Of a DNA stretch of 64,000 nt, positions 45,156 through 55,128 are shown in pieces (the stretch's first letter is position 1; the number at the start of each line of letters is the position of its first letter). A program made the position numbers and the translations under genes. The notes under the pieces are model-generated. The model was not told where the DNA came from and searched no databases. It saw nothing but the letters and a program-made list of their open reading frames with translations. The stretch comes from Gemmatimonadota bacterium (GTDB lineage Bacteria; Gemmatimonadota; Gemmatimonadetes; Palauibacterales; KS3-K002), in contig CP070812.1 of assembly GCA_020344015.1 (NCBI GenBank), positions 4,261,489-4,325,488 of the forward strand. The letters run 5' to 3'.

Positions 45156-46145
45156 TCAGAGCCCGGCAACCTTGCGGAACGCCGATCTCAGAGTTTGGGC
45201 GGCGCTCTCGGGCGCCGTCGTCAAGATCCGCACCCCGATCCCCATCTCGAAGCCCGCACTCACCGCACAGCGTGGGATGATTTGCAGGTACCAAGGCAGC
45301 AGGCGTTCGGTCGCGCCCCCCAGCGGCGCTGTGTGGAGCATCAAGTTGTAGTCCGGGTTTCCCAAAGCGACCGCGAGCACACGGGTGGCCCGCCGCACGG
45401 CGTCTCCCAACTCCCGCAGGTCCTGGTCGTCGACCCGGTCGAAGCGCGGCGGCAGCTGGCGCGGCACGATCCAAATCTCGTTGTCGTGTGCGGCGGCGAA
45501 GGGCACGAAGGTGGCGAGCCGCTCGGTCGTGTCGAGCAGCCTCGCGCCGTCCTCCACCTCCGCCTTCGCCATCCCGAGGAGTAGTACCGCCCCGCACTCG
45601 GCCGCATACGTTCGAGAACGCTCGAGAACCTGGGCGATGAAGGGCGGCACGAACGGAAGGCCGGCCAACTGGGAGTGTGGGTGGGGCAGCGACGCGTGGG
45701 CCAGCCGGCCCTGATTGCGGAAGATCACCACATGTTCGATTCGTGGATCGGCGGCCGCCGCCGCGAAACGCTCACGGACTGTCTGCAGCACCTCCAGCAT
45801 CTCGTCCGAGCCGAATCCTGCCAGCTCCGCGTCGTGGATCGGGGTCTCGACAATCACCTCGTGCCGACCCACAGCGGGCTCGACTTGCCGGAACGCACCG
45901 GGCTCGCCAACCGCCGCCGGCATCTCATCCAGCAGCACCGGGTACTTGTTGCACACGACCCGCACGCGCCAGCCCGGTCCGTCTCCCCCCGGTTCCCGAG
46001 CAGGAAGCCGAAAGAGTTCCTCCGTCGTCTGCGCCTCGTTTCCTGGACAGAACGGACAGCCGGGGTCGAACGGTCGAGATCCCTTATCTCCCCGCGGCAC
46101 CTCTGAGGGGCGGGGACGTTCCGCCCTTCCTGGCGCGACGATCAC
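45156..46145 (-). CDS. galactose-1-phosphate uridylyltransferase-like (GalT / HIT superfamily) protein
   Basis: CPFCPGNE is the zinc knuckle. HPHSQL is the HxH nucleotidyl-transfer motif. Exact activity is uncertain. Confidence 0.75.
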   Translation of the reverse strand: MIVAPGRAERPRPSEVPRGDKGSRPFDPGCPFCPGNEAQTTEELFRLPAREPGGDGPGWRVRVVCNKYPVLLDEMPAAVGEPGAFRQVEPAVGRHEVIVETPIHDAELAGFGSDEMLEVLQTVRERFAAAAADPRIEHVVIFRNQGRLAHASLPHPHSQLAGLPFVPPFIAQVLERSRTYAAECGAVLLLGMAKAEVEDGARLLDTTERLATFVPFAAAHDNEIWIVPRQLPPRFDRVDDQDLRELGDAVRRATRVLAVALGNPDYNLMLHTAPLGGATERLLPWYLQIIPRCAVSAGFEMGIGVRILTTAPESAAQTLRSAFRKVAGL

Positions 46146-46191
46146 GCGCTCGCCGGTCAGGGCGTTGGTGCGGACGTGGGGTTGCTCGCCA

Positions 46192-46265
46192 GTCAGTGGT
46201 CGGTGGTCGGTAGTCGGTGAACGTTCAACGTTCGATGTCCGATGTCCAATGTTCTATGTTCAGTA
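46192..46265. repeat. degenerate heptanucleotide tandem array (period 7, ~10 units)
   Basis: GTGGTCG GTGGTCG GTAGTCG GTGAACG TTCAACG TTCGATG TCCGATG TCCAATG TTCTATG TTCAGTA. The array lies between the mutase stop and the GalT-like start. Confidence 0.55.
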
Positions 46266-46270
46266 CATCG

Positions 46271-47998
46271 TCAGAAGAACAGCGGCTCCCTGAACCTCCC
46301 GTATACCTTCTCCAGCGCGTGCCTGATTTCTCCCAGAGTGGCATAAGCGCGAACCGCGCCCAGCATCGGGTCCATCAGGTTCTCGTCGTTCACCGCCGCC
46401 TCGGCCAGACGCTCGAGCGCCCTATCGACTCCCGGTTGACTACGCCGCGCCCTCAGCTCACTCAGCCGCAGTCGCTGTTTCTCCTCGATCTCGGGGCCGA
46501 TCTTCAAGAGATCGATGGAGAGGTCCTCGTTGCCACCGGTGAAATCGTTTACCCCGACGATGATGCGCTGGTTGGTTTCGACCTCGTGTTGGAAGCGCTC
46601 CGCGGACAGGGCGATTTGCCCCTGGAAGTAACCCTCTTCTATGCCCTTCACCACACCGCCCATCTCATCGATCTCGGCGAAGATGCGCTCCGCATCCTCC
46701 TCCATACTGTCGGTCAACCACTCGACGTAGTACGAGCCGGCCAGTGGATCGATGGTGTTGGGCACACCCGTCTCGTAGGCCAGTATCTGCTGGGTTCGTA
46801 GCGCGATACGGACCGCCTTTTCTGTGGGTAGCGCCAGCGTTTCGTCCAGAGCGTTGGTGTGTAGCGACTGCGTGCCACCCAGCACAGCCGCCAGCCCCTG
46901 GTAGGCCACGCGCGCGATGTTGTTTTCAGGCTGCTGCGCCATCAGCGACACGCCCGCCGTCTGCGCGTGGGTGCGGAGCCGCCAGCTGTCGGGACTGTTT
47001 GCCCCGTAGACGTCCTTCAGGTGACGCGCCCAAATGCGGCGCGCGGCGCGGAACTTGGCGACTTCCTCGAAGAAGTCGTTGTGGACGTCCCAGAAGAAGG
47101 AGAGTCTGGGCGCGAACTCGTCTACGTCGAGGCCGCGCTCGATCCCCTTCTCCACGTAGGTGAACCCGTTCTTCAGCGTGTAGGCAAGCTCCTGCACGGC
47201 GGTCGATCCCGCCTCACGGATGTGATAACCGCTGATCGAGATCGTATTGAACTTCGGCGCATTGATCGACGACCACTCGAAGATGTCGGCGATGATCTTG
47301 AGCGCCGGTTCCGGCGGAAAGATCCAGGCGTGCTGCGCCATGTACTCCTTCAGGATGTCGTTCTGGATCGTCCCCCGAAGTTCCGTCAGGTCAACACCCT
47401 GCTTCTCCGCCGTCGCCAGCAGGAAGCAGTAGAGCATCATCGCCGGGCCGTTGATGGTCATGGATACGGAGACGTCTTTCAACGGAATGCCGTCGAACAG
47501 TGTCTCCATGTCGGCCAGGCTCGAGATCGCCACGCCGCAGACACCGACCTCGCCTTCCGAGCGCGGATCGTCGGAGTCATATCCCATGAGCGTGGGGAAG
47601 TCGAAAGCCACCGACAGTCCGGTCTGGCCGTGATCGAGGAGGTACTTGTAGCGCAGGTTGGTTTCTTCCGACGTGCCGAAGCCGGAGAATTGGCGCATCG
47701 TCCAGAGCCGGGTTCGGTACATCGTCGTGTACGGTCCACGAGTGAACGGGTACTCGCCGGGGAAGCCCAGCTTCTCGGTGTACTCCGGGTCGTAGGCGCC
47801 CGTGTCGACCGGCGTGTAGAGCGGTTGGACCTCGGACCCCGAGAGGGTGTCGAAGAGGACGTCCTCCCGCTTCGGCATCGACTTGTACTTTCCCAGCCAG
47901 GCGGCGCGCTCGCGCCGCAACCTCTCGAGCTCCGCCTTCAACTCCCGGTTCTCGGCGGACAGCTCATCTACGGACAACTTCTTCTTTCTCTCGCCCAT
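46271..47998 (-). CDS. methylmalonyl-CoA mutase family, large catalytic (TIM-barrel) subunit
   Basis: FPFTRGPYTTMYRTRLWTMRQFSGFG, GYDSDDPRSEGEVG and RAARRIWARHL are MCM motifs. There is an N-terminal coiled-coil-like extension (ENRELKAELERLRRERAAW). Confidence 0.9.
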   Translation of the reverse strand: MGERKKKLSVDELSAENRELKAELERLRRERAAWLGKYKSMPKREDVLFDTLSGSEVQPLYTPVDTGAYDPEYTEKLGFPGEYPFTRGPYTTMYRTRLWTMRQFSGFGTSEETNLRYKYLLDHGQTGLSVAFDFPTLMGYDSDDPRSEGEVGVCGVAISSLADMETLFDGIPLKDVSVSMTINGPAMMLYCFLLATAEKQGVDLTELRGTIQNDILKEYMAQHAWIFPPEPALKIIADIFEWSSINAPKFNTISISGYHIREAGSTAVQELAYTLKNGFTYVEKGIERGLDVDEFAPRLSFFWDVHNDFFEEVAKFRAARRIWARHLKDVYGANSPDSWRLRTHAQTAGVSLMAQQPENNIARVAYQGLAAVLGGTQSLHTNALDETLALPTEKAVRIALRTQQILAYETGVPNTIDPLAGSYYVEWLTDSMEEDAERIFAEIDEMGGVVKGIEEGYFQGQIALSAERFQHEVETNQRIIVGVNDFTGGNEDLSIDLLKIGPEIEEKQRLRLSELRARRSQPGVDRALERLAEAAVNDENLMDPMLGAVRAYATLGEIRHALEKVYGRFREPLFF

Positions 47999-48017
47999 TC
48001 TCCCAACCGTCTACCGT

Positions 48018-49124
48018 CTACCGTCCACCGCCCACCGAATCACCGCCCACCGCCCCCAGTATCTCCGCCGCGACATCGTACGGGGTCCGGCTCCCCAACT
48101 CCAGGTCGGCGCGGGCGCGCTCGAGGATCGCTTCACCATCGCCATCTCGCCAGACCTGGGTCCTGAGGCCGCGGTCGACGACCGCACGGACCCGCTCCAA
48201 CAGGCGCTTGGCGCGGCGCTCCGCCAGTTCGCCGGTCTCCTTCACAAGCGCGTAATGACTCTCCAGCGTCTCCACCAGCTCCGAGACCCCTTCGCCGTCG
48301 TGGGCGCTGGTCAGCAGCACCGGGATCTCCCAGGGCTGCGGATCGTCCGTTCGCTCCTCGGCCGTCTCGCTGGCTGCACCGTCCGCCTTCTCCTGGTCCG
48401 CCCGACGCTTCGCCATCGCTGTGAGGTCGACCCCGTGGTGGGCCGGCACCCGATCGTAGACCTGCCCCTGGCGGAGACGGAGTATGGTCTTGAGCTCACC
48501 GGCCGCGCGGGCCGCATCGGGTCGGTCGGCCTTGTTGACGACGAAGATATCGGCGATTTCCATCAGGCCGGCCTTCATCGCCTGGATCGAGTCACCCGAC
48601 TCGGGCGTCAAGACCACGACGGTCGTGTCCGCCGCTTCGGCTATCTCGAGCTCCGACTGGCCCACGCCAACCGTCTCGACGACGACGCGCTCGAATCCGA
48701 AGGCGTCCATCAGGTCGGCGACCTCGCGGGTCGTCGTCGCCAAGCCGCCCCGTGACCCTCTGCTCGCCATCGACCGGATGAACACGCCGTCATCGCCGGC
48801 CGTTCCGGTCATGCGTATCCGATCACCCAGCAGCGCGCCACCGGTAAACGGCGACGTGGGGTCAACCGCCACGACTCCGACTCGCCCGCCGTCCTTCCGC
48901 ACGACCTTAGCGAGACCGTAGATGAGCGTGGACTTCCCCGCCCCGGGCGGCCCGGTAATACCTATCCGGTGCGCACGGCCGACTCGACTGTGTAGCGCGC
49001 TCAGCAGTCGCTCGAACCCGGGCCGAGCGTTCTCCACCCACGAAATAGCCCGGGCCAGAGCCCGGGCTTCGCCCGCTTCGAACGCCTCCAGCAGCTCGCT
49101 TTCGCTGGACTTGAGATCGTTCAC
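48018..49124 (-). CDS. meaB: methylmalonyl-CoA mutase-associated GTPase MeaB/ArgK
   Basis: GITGPPGAGKST is the P-loop. FVVNKADR and VLLTSAHDGEGV are G4/G5. Start taken at GTG (VNDLKSS). The C-terminus has a Gly-rich GGDSVGGGR tail. Confidence 0.85.
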   Translation of the reverse strand: MNDLKSSESELLEAFEAGEARALARAISWVENARPGFERLLSALHSRVGRAHRIGITGPPGAGKSTLIYGLAKVVRKDGGRVGVVAVDPTSPFTGGALLGDRIRMTGTAGDDGVFIRSMASRGSRGGLATTTREVADLMDAFGFERVVVETVGVGQSELEIAEAADTTVVVLTPESGDSIQAMKAGLMEIADIFVVNKADRPDAARAAGELKTILRLRQGQVYDRVPAHHGVDLTAMAKRRADQEKADGAASETAEERTDDPQPWEIPVLLTSAHDGEGVSELVETLESHYALVKETGELAERRAKRLLERVRAVVDRGLRTQVWRDGDGEAILERARADLELGSRTPYDVAAEILGAVGGDSVGGGR

Positions 49125-49289
49125 CTCAACCCCGACTCCATAGTAACTGGTAAAAATAACCGATCTCCGCGCCCTCTTACAGCCCTGGGCCGGAGGCGCA
49201 TGACCACCGGCCCCCATCCTCCCCATCCGCATCGCCATCGCGATCGCCAACGAAGCCACCGCCCGATGGCGATGGAGATTTGATGCGGA

Positions 49290-50672
49290 CTAGAGCCGGG
49301 GCAGCAGGATCCAGCTGGCGAGACCGAGCAACAGGAAGAAGCCAAAGATGTCGGTCAGCGCGGTGAAGAAGACGGAAGATGCCACGGCCGGATCGACGCC
49401 CAGCTTTTCGAGCAGCACCGGTACGAAGGCGCCGGCGAAGCCGGCCACGATCAGGTTGCCCCACATGGCGAGCAGCACGACCAAGCCCAGGTAGACGCTG
49501 CCCTCGGGCAGTAGGAAGCCGACGAGCGCCGCCAAAAGGCCGATTGCGGCCCCGTTGACCAGCCCCACGGTCAACTCCTTGAGCACGACCCTGCGGGCGC
49601 CGGAACGCTCCGGTGAGAGCGCGAGCCTTCGGACAGTCACGGCAAGGGCCTGCGTGCCGGCGTTGCCACCCAGGGCAGCAATTACCGGCATGATGGCTGC
49701 GAGGATGACGACCTGTGCGACGGTCTCCTTGTACAGGTATATGACCGCCGCTGCGATCGATGTGGTTACCAGGGCGACGGCAAGCCACGGTAGACGGTTC
49801 TTCACCGCCTGGCCGACACCGCCGTGCAAGTACTCCTCGTCCAAAACACCGGAGAAGCGCAGGATGTCCTCGGTGGTCTCGGCCTCGACGATGTCCATGA
49901 CGTCATCGAAAGTGATACGGCCGATCAGGCGTCCGGCGGGATCGACAACCGGGACCGAGACCAGGTTGTAGCGGGACATCACTCGTGCCACCTCCTCCTG
50001 GTCCATCGTCGCCGCCACCGCCGCCACGGCTGGCTCGACCACCTCTCGTATCGGGGTAGACGGCTGCAAGAGGATGAGATTCTGGAAGGAGACCGTTCCC
50101 AGCAGCCGGCCGCCCTCGTCGACGACGAAGACCGTGTAGTACTCCTCGCCCTCGGCGACCTGTCGGCGGATCTCGGCGATCGCTTCACCGATCGAGGCAC
50201 TTTCCTGGACCGCGACGACCTGGGTGGTCATCACGCCGCCGGCCGACTCCTCGTCGTAGGCCAGCAGGTCCCGGATGTCCTCAGCCTCCTCATCGGGCAG
50301 CTGCGCCAGGACCTCTTTCTGCTTCTCCACCGGCAGCTCGCCGATGATGTCGGCGGCATCATCGACGGACAGCTTGTGAACGAGCTCCGCAACCCGCTCG
50401 GTCTCGGCGATCAGCAACTCTTCGGGATGCTCCTCCTCCTCCATCTCGGCGAGGGTCTCGGACGCGAGCTCGTGCGGGAGGACATGGAGTACACGCCCAC
50501 GCTCCTCCTCATCGAGTAACTCGACCAGGTCGGCAAGGTCGCTAGGATGGAAGCCCTCGAGGTGACGGAGAAGCTTCTCGTCCTCGCGGCCCTCAAGGAG
50601 CTGGCGGACCCGCGCGACGTTCGCTTCCAGTGCCTGGGGGTCGCTCACTTTGTCGCCGCGCCTAGCCATCAT
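49290..50672 (-). CDS. mgtE: magnesium transporter MgtE
   Basis: N-domain, tandem CBS (VMTTQVVAV..., VVDPAGRLIGRITFDDVMD) and C-terminal 5-TM MgtE domain are present. Confidence 0.9.
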   Translation of the reverse strand: MMARRGDKVSDPQALEANVARVRQLLEGREDEKLLRHLEGFHPSDLADLVELLDEEERGRVLHVLPHELASETLAEMEEEEHPEELLIAETERVAELVHKLSVDDAADIIGELPVEKQKEVLAQLPDEEAEDIRDLLAYDEESAGGVMTTQVVAVQESASIGEAIAEIRRQVAEGEEYYTVFVVDEGGRLLGTVSFQNLILLQPSTPIREVVEPAVAAVAATMDQEEVARVMSRYNLVSVPVVDPAGRLIGRITFDDVMDIVEAETTEDILRFSGVLDEEYLHGGVGQAVKNRLPWLAVALVTTSIAAAVIYLYKETVAQVVILAAIMPVIAALGGNAGTQALAVTVRRLALSPERSGARRVVLKELTVGLVNGAAIGLLAALVGFLLPEGSVYLGLVVLLAMWGNLIVAGFAGAFVPVLLEKLGVDPAVASSVFFTALTDIFGFFLLLGLASWILLPRL

Positions 50673-51291
50673 CCGAACCCAGCTGCTGTGTCAGCTCCGG
50701 TGTCACCGCACCGGCCGAGACCACGAGCTTGAAGCCCTCCTCCACGCTCATGTCGAGGCGCCGCACCTGGGCGCGCGGCAGGAACACGATGTACCCCGAG
50801 GTCGGGTTGGGAGTGGTGGGCAGGAATATCGAAACCGAATCCGCCTGAGCGGTATCGCTGATCTCCCCGGACGCCTCGCTGGTGAGAAAACCGATCGCCC
50901 AACAGCCGGGGCGCGGGTACTCCACCAGCACGCACGCTTTGAAGAACTTGCGATCCTCTCCCACGATCTGCTCGACGATCTGACTCGCCGCGCTGTAGAT
51001 AGTGCGGGTGAGCGGGAACCTCTTCAGCCAGTTGCGGCCGAGCGCGATGAACTCACGCCCCACCGCTTGGTGAGCCGCCCAGCCGACACCGATCACGATG
51101 GCCACCAGCACGACGAGACCCAGGCCGGGGATCCGGATCCCGATCACGTTGAACAGGCGGCCCAAGATCCTGTCCAGGTTGGCGAAAATCCACCAGAGCA
51201 CGTACGCCGTCACGCCAACCGGCGCGATCACAACGATCCCGGTCAGAAAGTAGCGCCTGAGCAGCTGAAAAAGCGTCTTGTCTTTTGCCAT
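50662..51291 (-). CDS. DUF502-family membrane protein
   Basis: LLRRYFLTGIVVIAPVGVTAYVLWWIF...TRTIYSAASQIVEQ...PRPGCWAIGFLT is characteristic of DUF502. It overlaps mgtE by 11 nt. Confidence 0.8.
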   Translation of the reverse strand: MAKDKTLFQLLRRYFLTGIVVIAPVGVTAYVLWWIFANLDRILGRLFNVIGIRIPGLGLVVLVAIVIGVGWAAHQAVGREFIALGRNWLKRFPLTRTIYSAASQIVEQIVGEDRKFFKACVLVEYPRPGCWAIGFLTSEASGEISDTAQADSVSIFLPTTPNPTSGYIVFLPRAQVRRLDMSVEEGFKLVVSAGAVTPELTQQLGSDDG

Positions 51292-51343
51292 AGCAATCCA
51301 CCCGGCCTAACTGTATCCGGATCCGGGCCTCGCGTCTACAGTC

Positions 51344-51382
51344 GCATGAACGTCGAACGTCGGACTTCGGAAGTCGACCGCT
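51344..51382. repeat. heptanucleotide tandem repeats (GAACGTC family) upstream of DUF502-mgtE
   Basis: GAACGTC GAACGTC GGACTTC GGAAGTC GACCGCT. Same 7-bp periodicity and similar units (AACGTTC) as the array at 46192-46265. Confidence 0.4.
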
Positions 51383-51431
51383 GAGAGGAAGCCGAGAAAC
51401 TGACAGTTTGCTGTCCGCTGTCGAGTGTCGA

Positions 51432-51866
51432 CTACAATACCAGGGAGAGGATCTCTTCTTGACGCCGGAACATCTCGCTCTCCATACGCTCCGGCCCTTC
51501 CGGGTGGTCGTGGCCGAGGACATGCAGCACTCCGTGCACCACCAGCCGTAACAGCTCCTCCCGCAGCTCGACCCCGTACTCGCTGGCCGATTCCTGCGCC
51601 ACAGCAGGGCAGATGTACACGTCACCCAGCGGATCCGCCGGCTCGGCCAGATTGAAAGCGATCACATCGGTGGGATCCGTGCGCCCCAGGTGAGCCGCGC
51701 CGAGGGCTGCCATGGCGTCCGCGTCGAGGAAGGTGACCGAGATCTCACCGCCTTCGACACCTTCAGCTTCCGCTGTTAGCGTCACCGCCCGCTCCACGTC
51801 GGCCGCTTCGAGAACCGAGACTGTTTCCAGCCTGTTGGCGTGGATGACGAGGCCGGTCGGTGTCAC
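51432..51866 (-). CDS. ybeY: rRNA maturation endoribonuclease YbeY
   Basis: HGVLHVLGHDH is the H3xH5xH zinc motif. Length is 144 aa. It is downstream of pgpH/phoH. Confidence 0.9.
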   Translation of the reverse strand: MTPTGLVIHANRLETVSVLEAADVERAVTLTAEAEGVEGGEISVTFLDADAMAALGAAHLGRTDPTDVIAFNLAEPADPLGDVYICPAVAQESASEYGVELREELLRLVVHGVLHVLGHDHPEGPERMESEMFRRQEEILSLVL

Positions 51867-54127
51867 GACGCGCCGGGTACCGCCGGTTCTTCCGCCTCCG
51901 CAGCCTGACTGTTCTGCAGTGGATAGTCGAGGCGGTGGTGGTACATGCTGGTGAGTACCTTCACGAACTGCTGCTTGATGATATCGATCTCGCGCATGGT
52001 GAGCGGCGCCTCGTCCAGCTGGCCTTCGGAGATCTTGAATCCGACTATGCGGTCGACAAGTTCCTCGATGCCCTCAGGCGTCGGATCCTGGAGCACGCGC
52101 GCCGCCGACTCGACGGAATCGGCGAGTAGAACGATGGCCGTTTCTCTGCTCTGCGGCTTGGGACCGCCGTAGCGGAAGTCCTTCGAGCTGAGCTCGGCCT
52201 CAGGGTCGAGCTCCAATGCCCTATCCCAGAAGAAGCCGATTTTCTGGGTCCCGTGATGCTCGGTGATGAACGCCATCACGGTACCCGGCAGCCGCGCTTC
52301 CTCTGCCAACTCGAGCCCATCCTTAACGTGTTCGCGGACTATGCCGGCGCTCGTGACAGGCTTAAGCTTGTCGTGTGGGTTGCGCCCCGGTGGCTGGTTC
52401 TCGACGAAGTACTGGGGCTTCTTCACCTTGCCGATGTCATGGTAGTAGACGCCGACGCGCACTAGTAGAGCGTTCGCCCCGATTTCACGAGCCGCAGCTT
52501 CCGCCAGGTTGGCGACGTTGATCGAGTGCGCGTACGTGCCCGGCGCCTCCAACGATAGACGCCTCAATAGTGGCCGGTTGACGTCTGCCAGCTCAAGCAG
52601 CGATTGGTCCGTGATGATCTTCGTAAACGATTCGGCCAGCGGCAAAACGCCCACCGCGAGCAACGTGCAGCCCACACCGTTCACCGTCCCCCAGAACACG
52701 CTCAGTACGACACCGTCAGTACCCTGAAGCCCCATTAGGCCAAGGCTGAAGGCAGTCAGTATGTAGGTGCCAGCGATCACTGCGGCAAACGCCCAGGTAT
52801 GGGCCCGCCTTCGCACTACCCTGCCGCTCAACGCCGCCGCGGCTCCCCCCATCACCGTGAAGAATGAAACGTAGAGACCGGCAAACGCCGGGTTCGACGA
52901 GATCAGGGCTACCAGCACGAACACCGTCAGCAGCGCCAGCACGCCGTCGTAGAGAGTCGCGATCGTCAGTGCAGCAAACGCGATCGGGATCAACTGCCAC
53001 GGCGCGTCGGTCCGCGAGACCAACGCCGCCGCACCCGCCACCGCCAATACGAGGAACCAGATCAGGGTCAGCGAGCGACCGGAAGCATAGACGTCAGGGC
53101 GGTAGTACCTGACGACCAGGCCGAGAACGACGAGCAACAGAATGTTGTACAGGAAACCGCCCAGGTTGGCCGGCCACATACGCCCGGCCTCTTGGCCGGC
53201 AAGATGTTGCTGCAGCGCGACCAGACGTTCCCGCTGCTCGGCGCCCACTCGCTCATGCGCCGCCACGATCATTTCCCCTTCCAGCACCTCGTAGGCAACC
53301 CGGTTCACGGCCTGCCGCGCCTGGTTCCTGGCCGCCTCGGTCGCTTCCCGGTTGAGCACGATCGTCGGGCGCGCGAAGTGTACGATGATGTTGTGGAACA
53401 GACGGTGCGCATCCACCCCCAACTCGGAGGGCGATCGCGAGTCGGCCCGCTCGAAGAACTGCTCCATTGTCGTCAGCGTATCACCTCGCACCAGCGTTTC
53501 GCCGCCCGCTGCTGACCGCAGGCTGACTCCGCTGGAGGCCACGTCGCCCAGCTCGGATCCACTCACCACTCCCGGCCGCAGCAGTCCTTGGAACGTCGAC
53601 TCGACGGACGTCCAGAACAGCCCACGCGACTCGGCCGCCATCAGAAGCGTCACCTGGTTCTCGGACGCCGCGATCCCATAACCGTCAAGCAGAGCGCGTA
53701 CCTCGTTGCGTCCTCCCTCCGGGTCCGTGGCAGCGGAGACGACCACCTCCACCGTGTCGAAGAACGCTCGCGCGGCGCTGATCGAGCTATCGGCGAGTCC
53801 CGGCGAGTGCTCGAAGATAGGCTCGACACCGGCGGCAGCCTCCGCCCGTGCCCGAGTCAACTCCGCCTCCGACTTGTAGACCGGGAAGCTGACCGGAGCG
53901 ATCACGTCCTCCTGCGCCACCATCCCTTCCTGGAGCGGCGCGACGACGTCGCGAGCCGAGCCGCGCGGGAAGACGAAGACGATGACGATCGCGGCGGAGA
54001 TCAGCAGAAGTAGACGATAGGCTTGGCTGAAACGGCGTGCCAAGATCTGTACGCCGCGGCGCCTCGTCAGCTCACGCATCAGGTAGCGTATCCGGACCGT
54101 GGTCTTGCTTTTGCCACCCGGGTTCAT
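51863..54127 (-). CDS. pgpH: 7TM-receptor with intracellular HD hydrolase (PgpH/YqfF, c-di-AMP phosphodiesterase family)
   Basis: N-terminal extracellular domain, then 7 TM helices, then HD domain YAHSINVANLAEAAA...YYHDIGK...EHHGTQ. Conserved phoH-pgpH-ybeY order. Confidence 0.85.
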   Translation of the reverse strand: MNPGGKSKTTVRIRYLMRELTRRRGVQILARRFSQAYRLLLLISAAIVIVFVFPRGSARDVVAPLQEGMVAQEDVIAPVSFPVYKSEAELTRARAEAAAGVEPIFEHSPGLADSSISAARAFFDTVEVVVSAATDPEGGRNEVRALLDGYGIAASENQVTLLMAAESRGLFWTSVESTFQGLLRPGVVSGSELGDVASSGVSLRSAAGGETLVRGDTLTTMEQFFERADSRSPSELGVDAHRLFHNIIVHFARPTIVLNREATEAARNQARQAVNRVAYEVLEGEMIVAAHERVGAEQRERLVALQQHLAGQEAGRMWPANLGGFLYNILLLVVLGLVVRYYRPDVYASGRSLTLIWFLVLAVAGAAALVSRTDAPWQLIPIAFAALTIATLYDGVLALLTVFVLVALISSNPAFAGLYVSFFTVMGGAAAALSGRVVRRRAHTWAFAAVIAGTYILTAFSLGLMGLQGTDGVVLSVFWGTVNGVGCTLLAVGVLPLAESFTKIITDQSLLELADVNRPLLRRLSLEAPGTYAHSINVANLAEAAAREIGANALLVRVGVYYHDIGKVKKPQYFVENQPPGRNPHDKLKPVTSAGIVREHVKDGLELAEEARLPGTVMAFITEHHGTQKIGFFWDRALELDPEAELSSKDFRYGGPKPQSRETAIVLLADSVESAARVLQDPTPEGIEELVDRIVGFKISEGQLDEAPLTMREIDIIKQQFVKVLTSMYHHRLDYPLQNSQAAEAEEPAVPGAS

Positions 54128-55128
54128 TCGCTCTCCTGGGAACCGGCGTTGCCCGGGCGGACCCGTGCATACGCTTTGATGATCTCTTTGACCAGGCGGT
54201 GACGCACCACGTCCACCTCGGTCAGGTAAACGAATGATATCCCATCAATCCCTTGTAGTATCCGCTCGACCTCGAGCAGCCCGGAGTCCTCGCGGCGCGG
54301 CAGGTCGATCTGCGTCTTGTCGCCGGTGATCACCGCTTTCGAGTTGAGGCCCAACCGCGTCAGGAACATCTTCATCTGCAACGTGGTCGTATTCTGGGCC
54401 TCATCGAGTATGACGAACGCATCGGACAACGTGCGGCCGCGCATATAGGCGAGCGGCGCGATTTCCAGTGTTCGGTTCTCCAGCGCTCGACGGAGTTGCT
54501 CCGGTGGCATCATGTCGCCCAGCGCATCGTACAGCGGGCGCAAGTAGGGGTCGACCTTCTCTTCCACGCTGCCGGGAAGGAAGCCGAGTTGCTCGCCGGC
54601 CTCGACCACGGGGCGAACGAGGACTATGCGGCGCAGGCGCTTCTTGTGAAGAGCGTCGACCGCCATGGCCACGGCGAGGTACGTCTTGCCGGTTCCCGCC
54701 GGGCCGACACCGATCACGATCTCGGTGCGGTTGATCTCGTCGATGTAAAGCTTCTGACCGGCGGATTTCGGTGTAATGACTTTCCGCGAGCCCGGCAGGA
54801 TGATCTTGCTACCCTCGAGGGCGCTGGGCGGCAGTCCCTCGCTCTCGGCCACGACATCTGCGAAGCGACCGATATCGCTCACGGAGAACGGAGTCTCCAT
54901 GCGGGCGAGATCGATCATGTGCCGAGCGATGGGCACGCAACGCTCCACGTCGGCGAGTGACCCTGAGAGTACTACCTCGTCGTCCCTCAAGACGACACGG
55001 CATCCGCAAATACGAGCCAACTCCTGGAGGTTGGCATCGTTCACGCCAGCCAGAATGAGCTGGTCGGCCCCTTCGGCCGCCAGGCGATGTTGGATGATCT
55101 GCGACGAGTCCGTCGACTGATCAGGCAT
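54124..55128 (-). CDS. phoH: PhoH-like ATPase (YbeZ)
   Basis: GPAGTGKTYLAVAMAV is Walker A. ILDEAQNTT is Walker B. Start taken at MPDQS (aa 23) with an AGGCGGA RBS. Confidence 0.9.
   Translation of the reverse strand: MPDQSTDSSQIIQHRLAAEGADQLILAGVNDANLQELARICGCRVVLRDDEVVLSGSLADVERCVPIARHMIDLARMETPFSVSDIGRFADVVAESEGLPPSALEGSKIILPGSRKVITPKSAGQKLYIDEINRTEIVIGVGPAGTGKTYLAVAMAVDALHKKRLRRIVLVRPVVEAGEQLGFLPGSVEEKVDPYLRPLYDALGDMMPPEQLRRALENRTLEIAPLAYMRGRTLSDAFVILDEAQNTTTLQMKMFLTRLGLNSKAVITGDKTQIDLPRREDSGLLEVERILQGIDGISFVYLTEVDVVRHRLVKEIIKAYARVRPGNAGSQESE

Noticed and set aside
48000-48060. GGT-rich stretch resembling the heptad repeats (GGTGGGCGGTG ... GGTAGACGGTAGACGG on minus strand)
   Set aside because: It lies inside the MeaB C-terminal coding sequence (Gly-rich tail GGDSVGGGR) and the 19-nt gap before the mutase start. 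The similarity is compositional, not an independent repeat element.
46967-48755. Plus-strand ORFs antisense to the mutase and MeaB genes (46967..48166, 47847..48755)
   Set aside because: Same reasoning. These are spurious antisense ORFs in GC-rich coding DNA.
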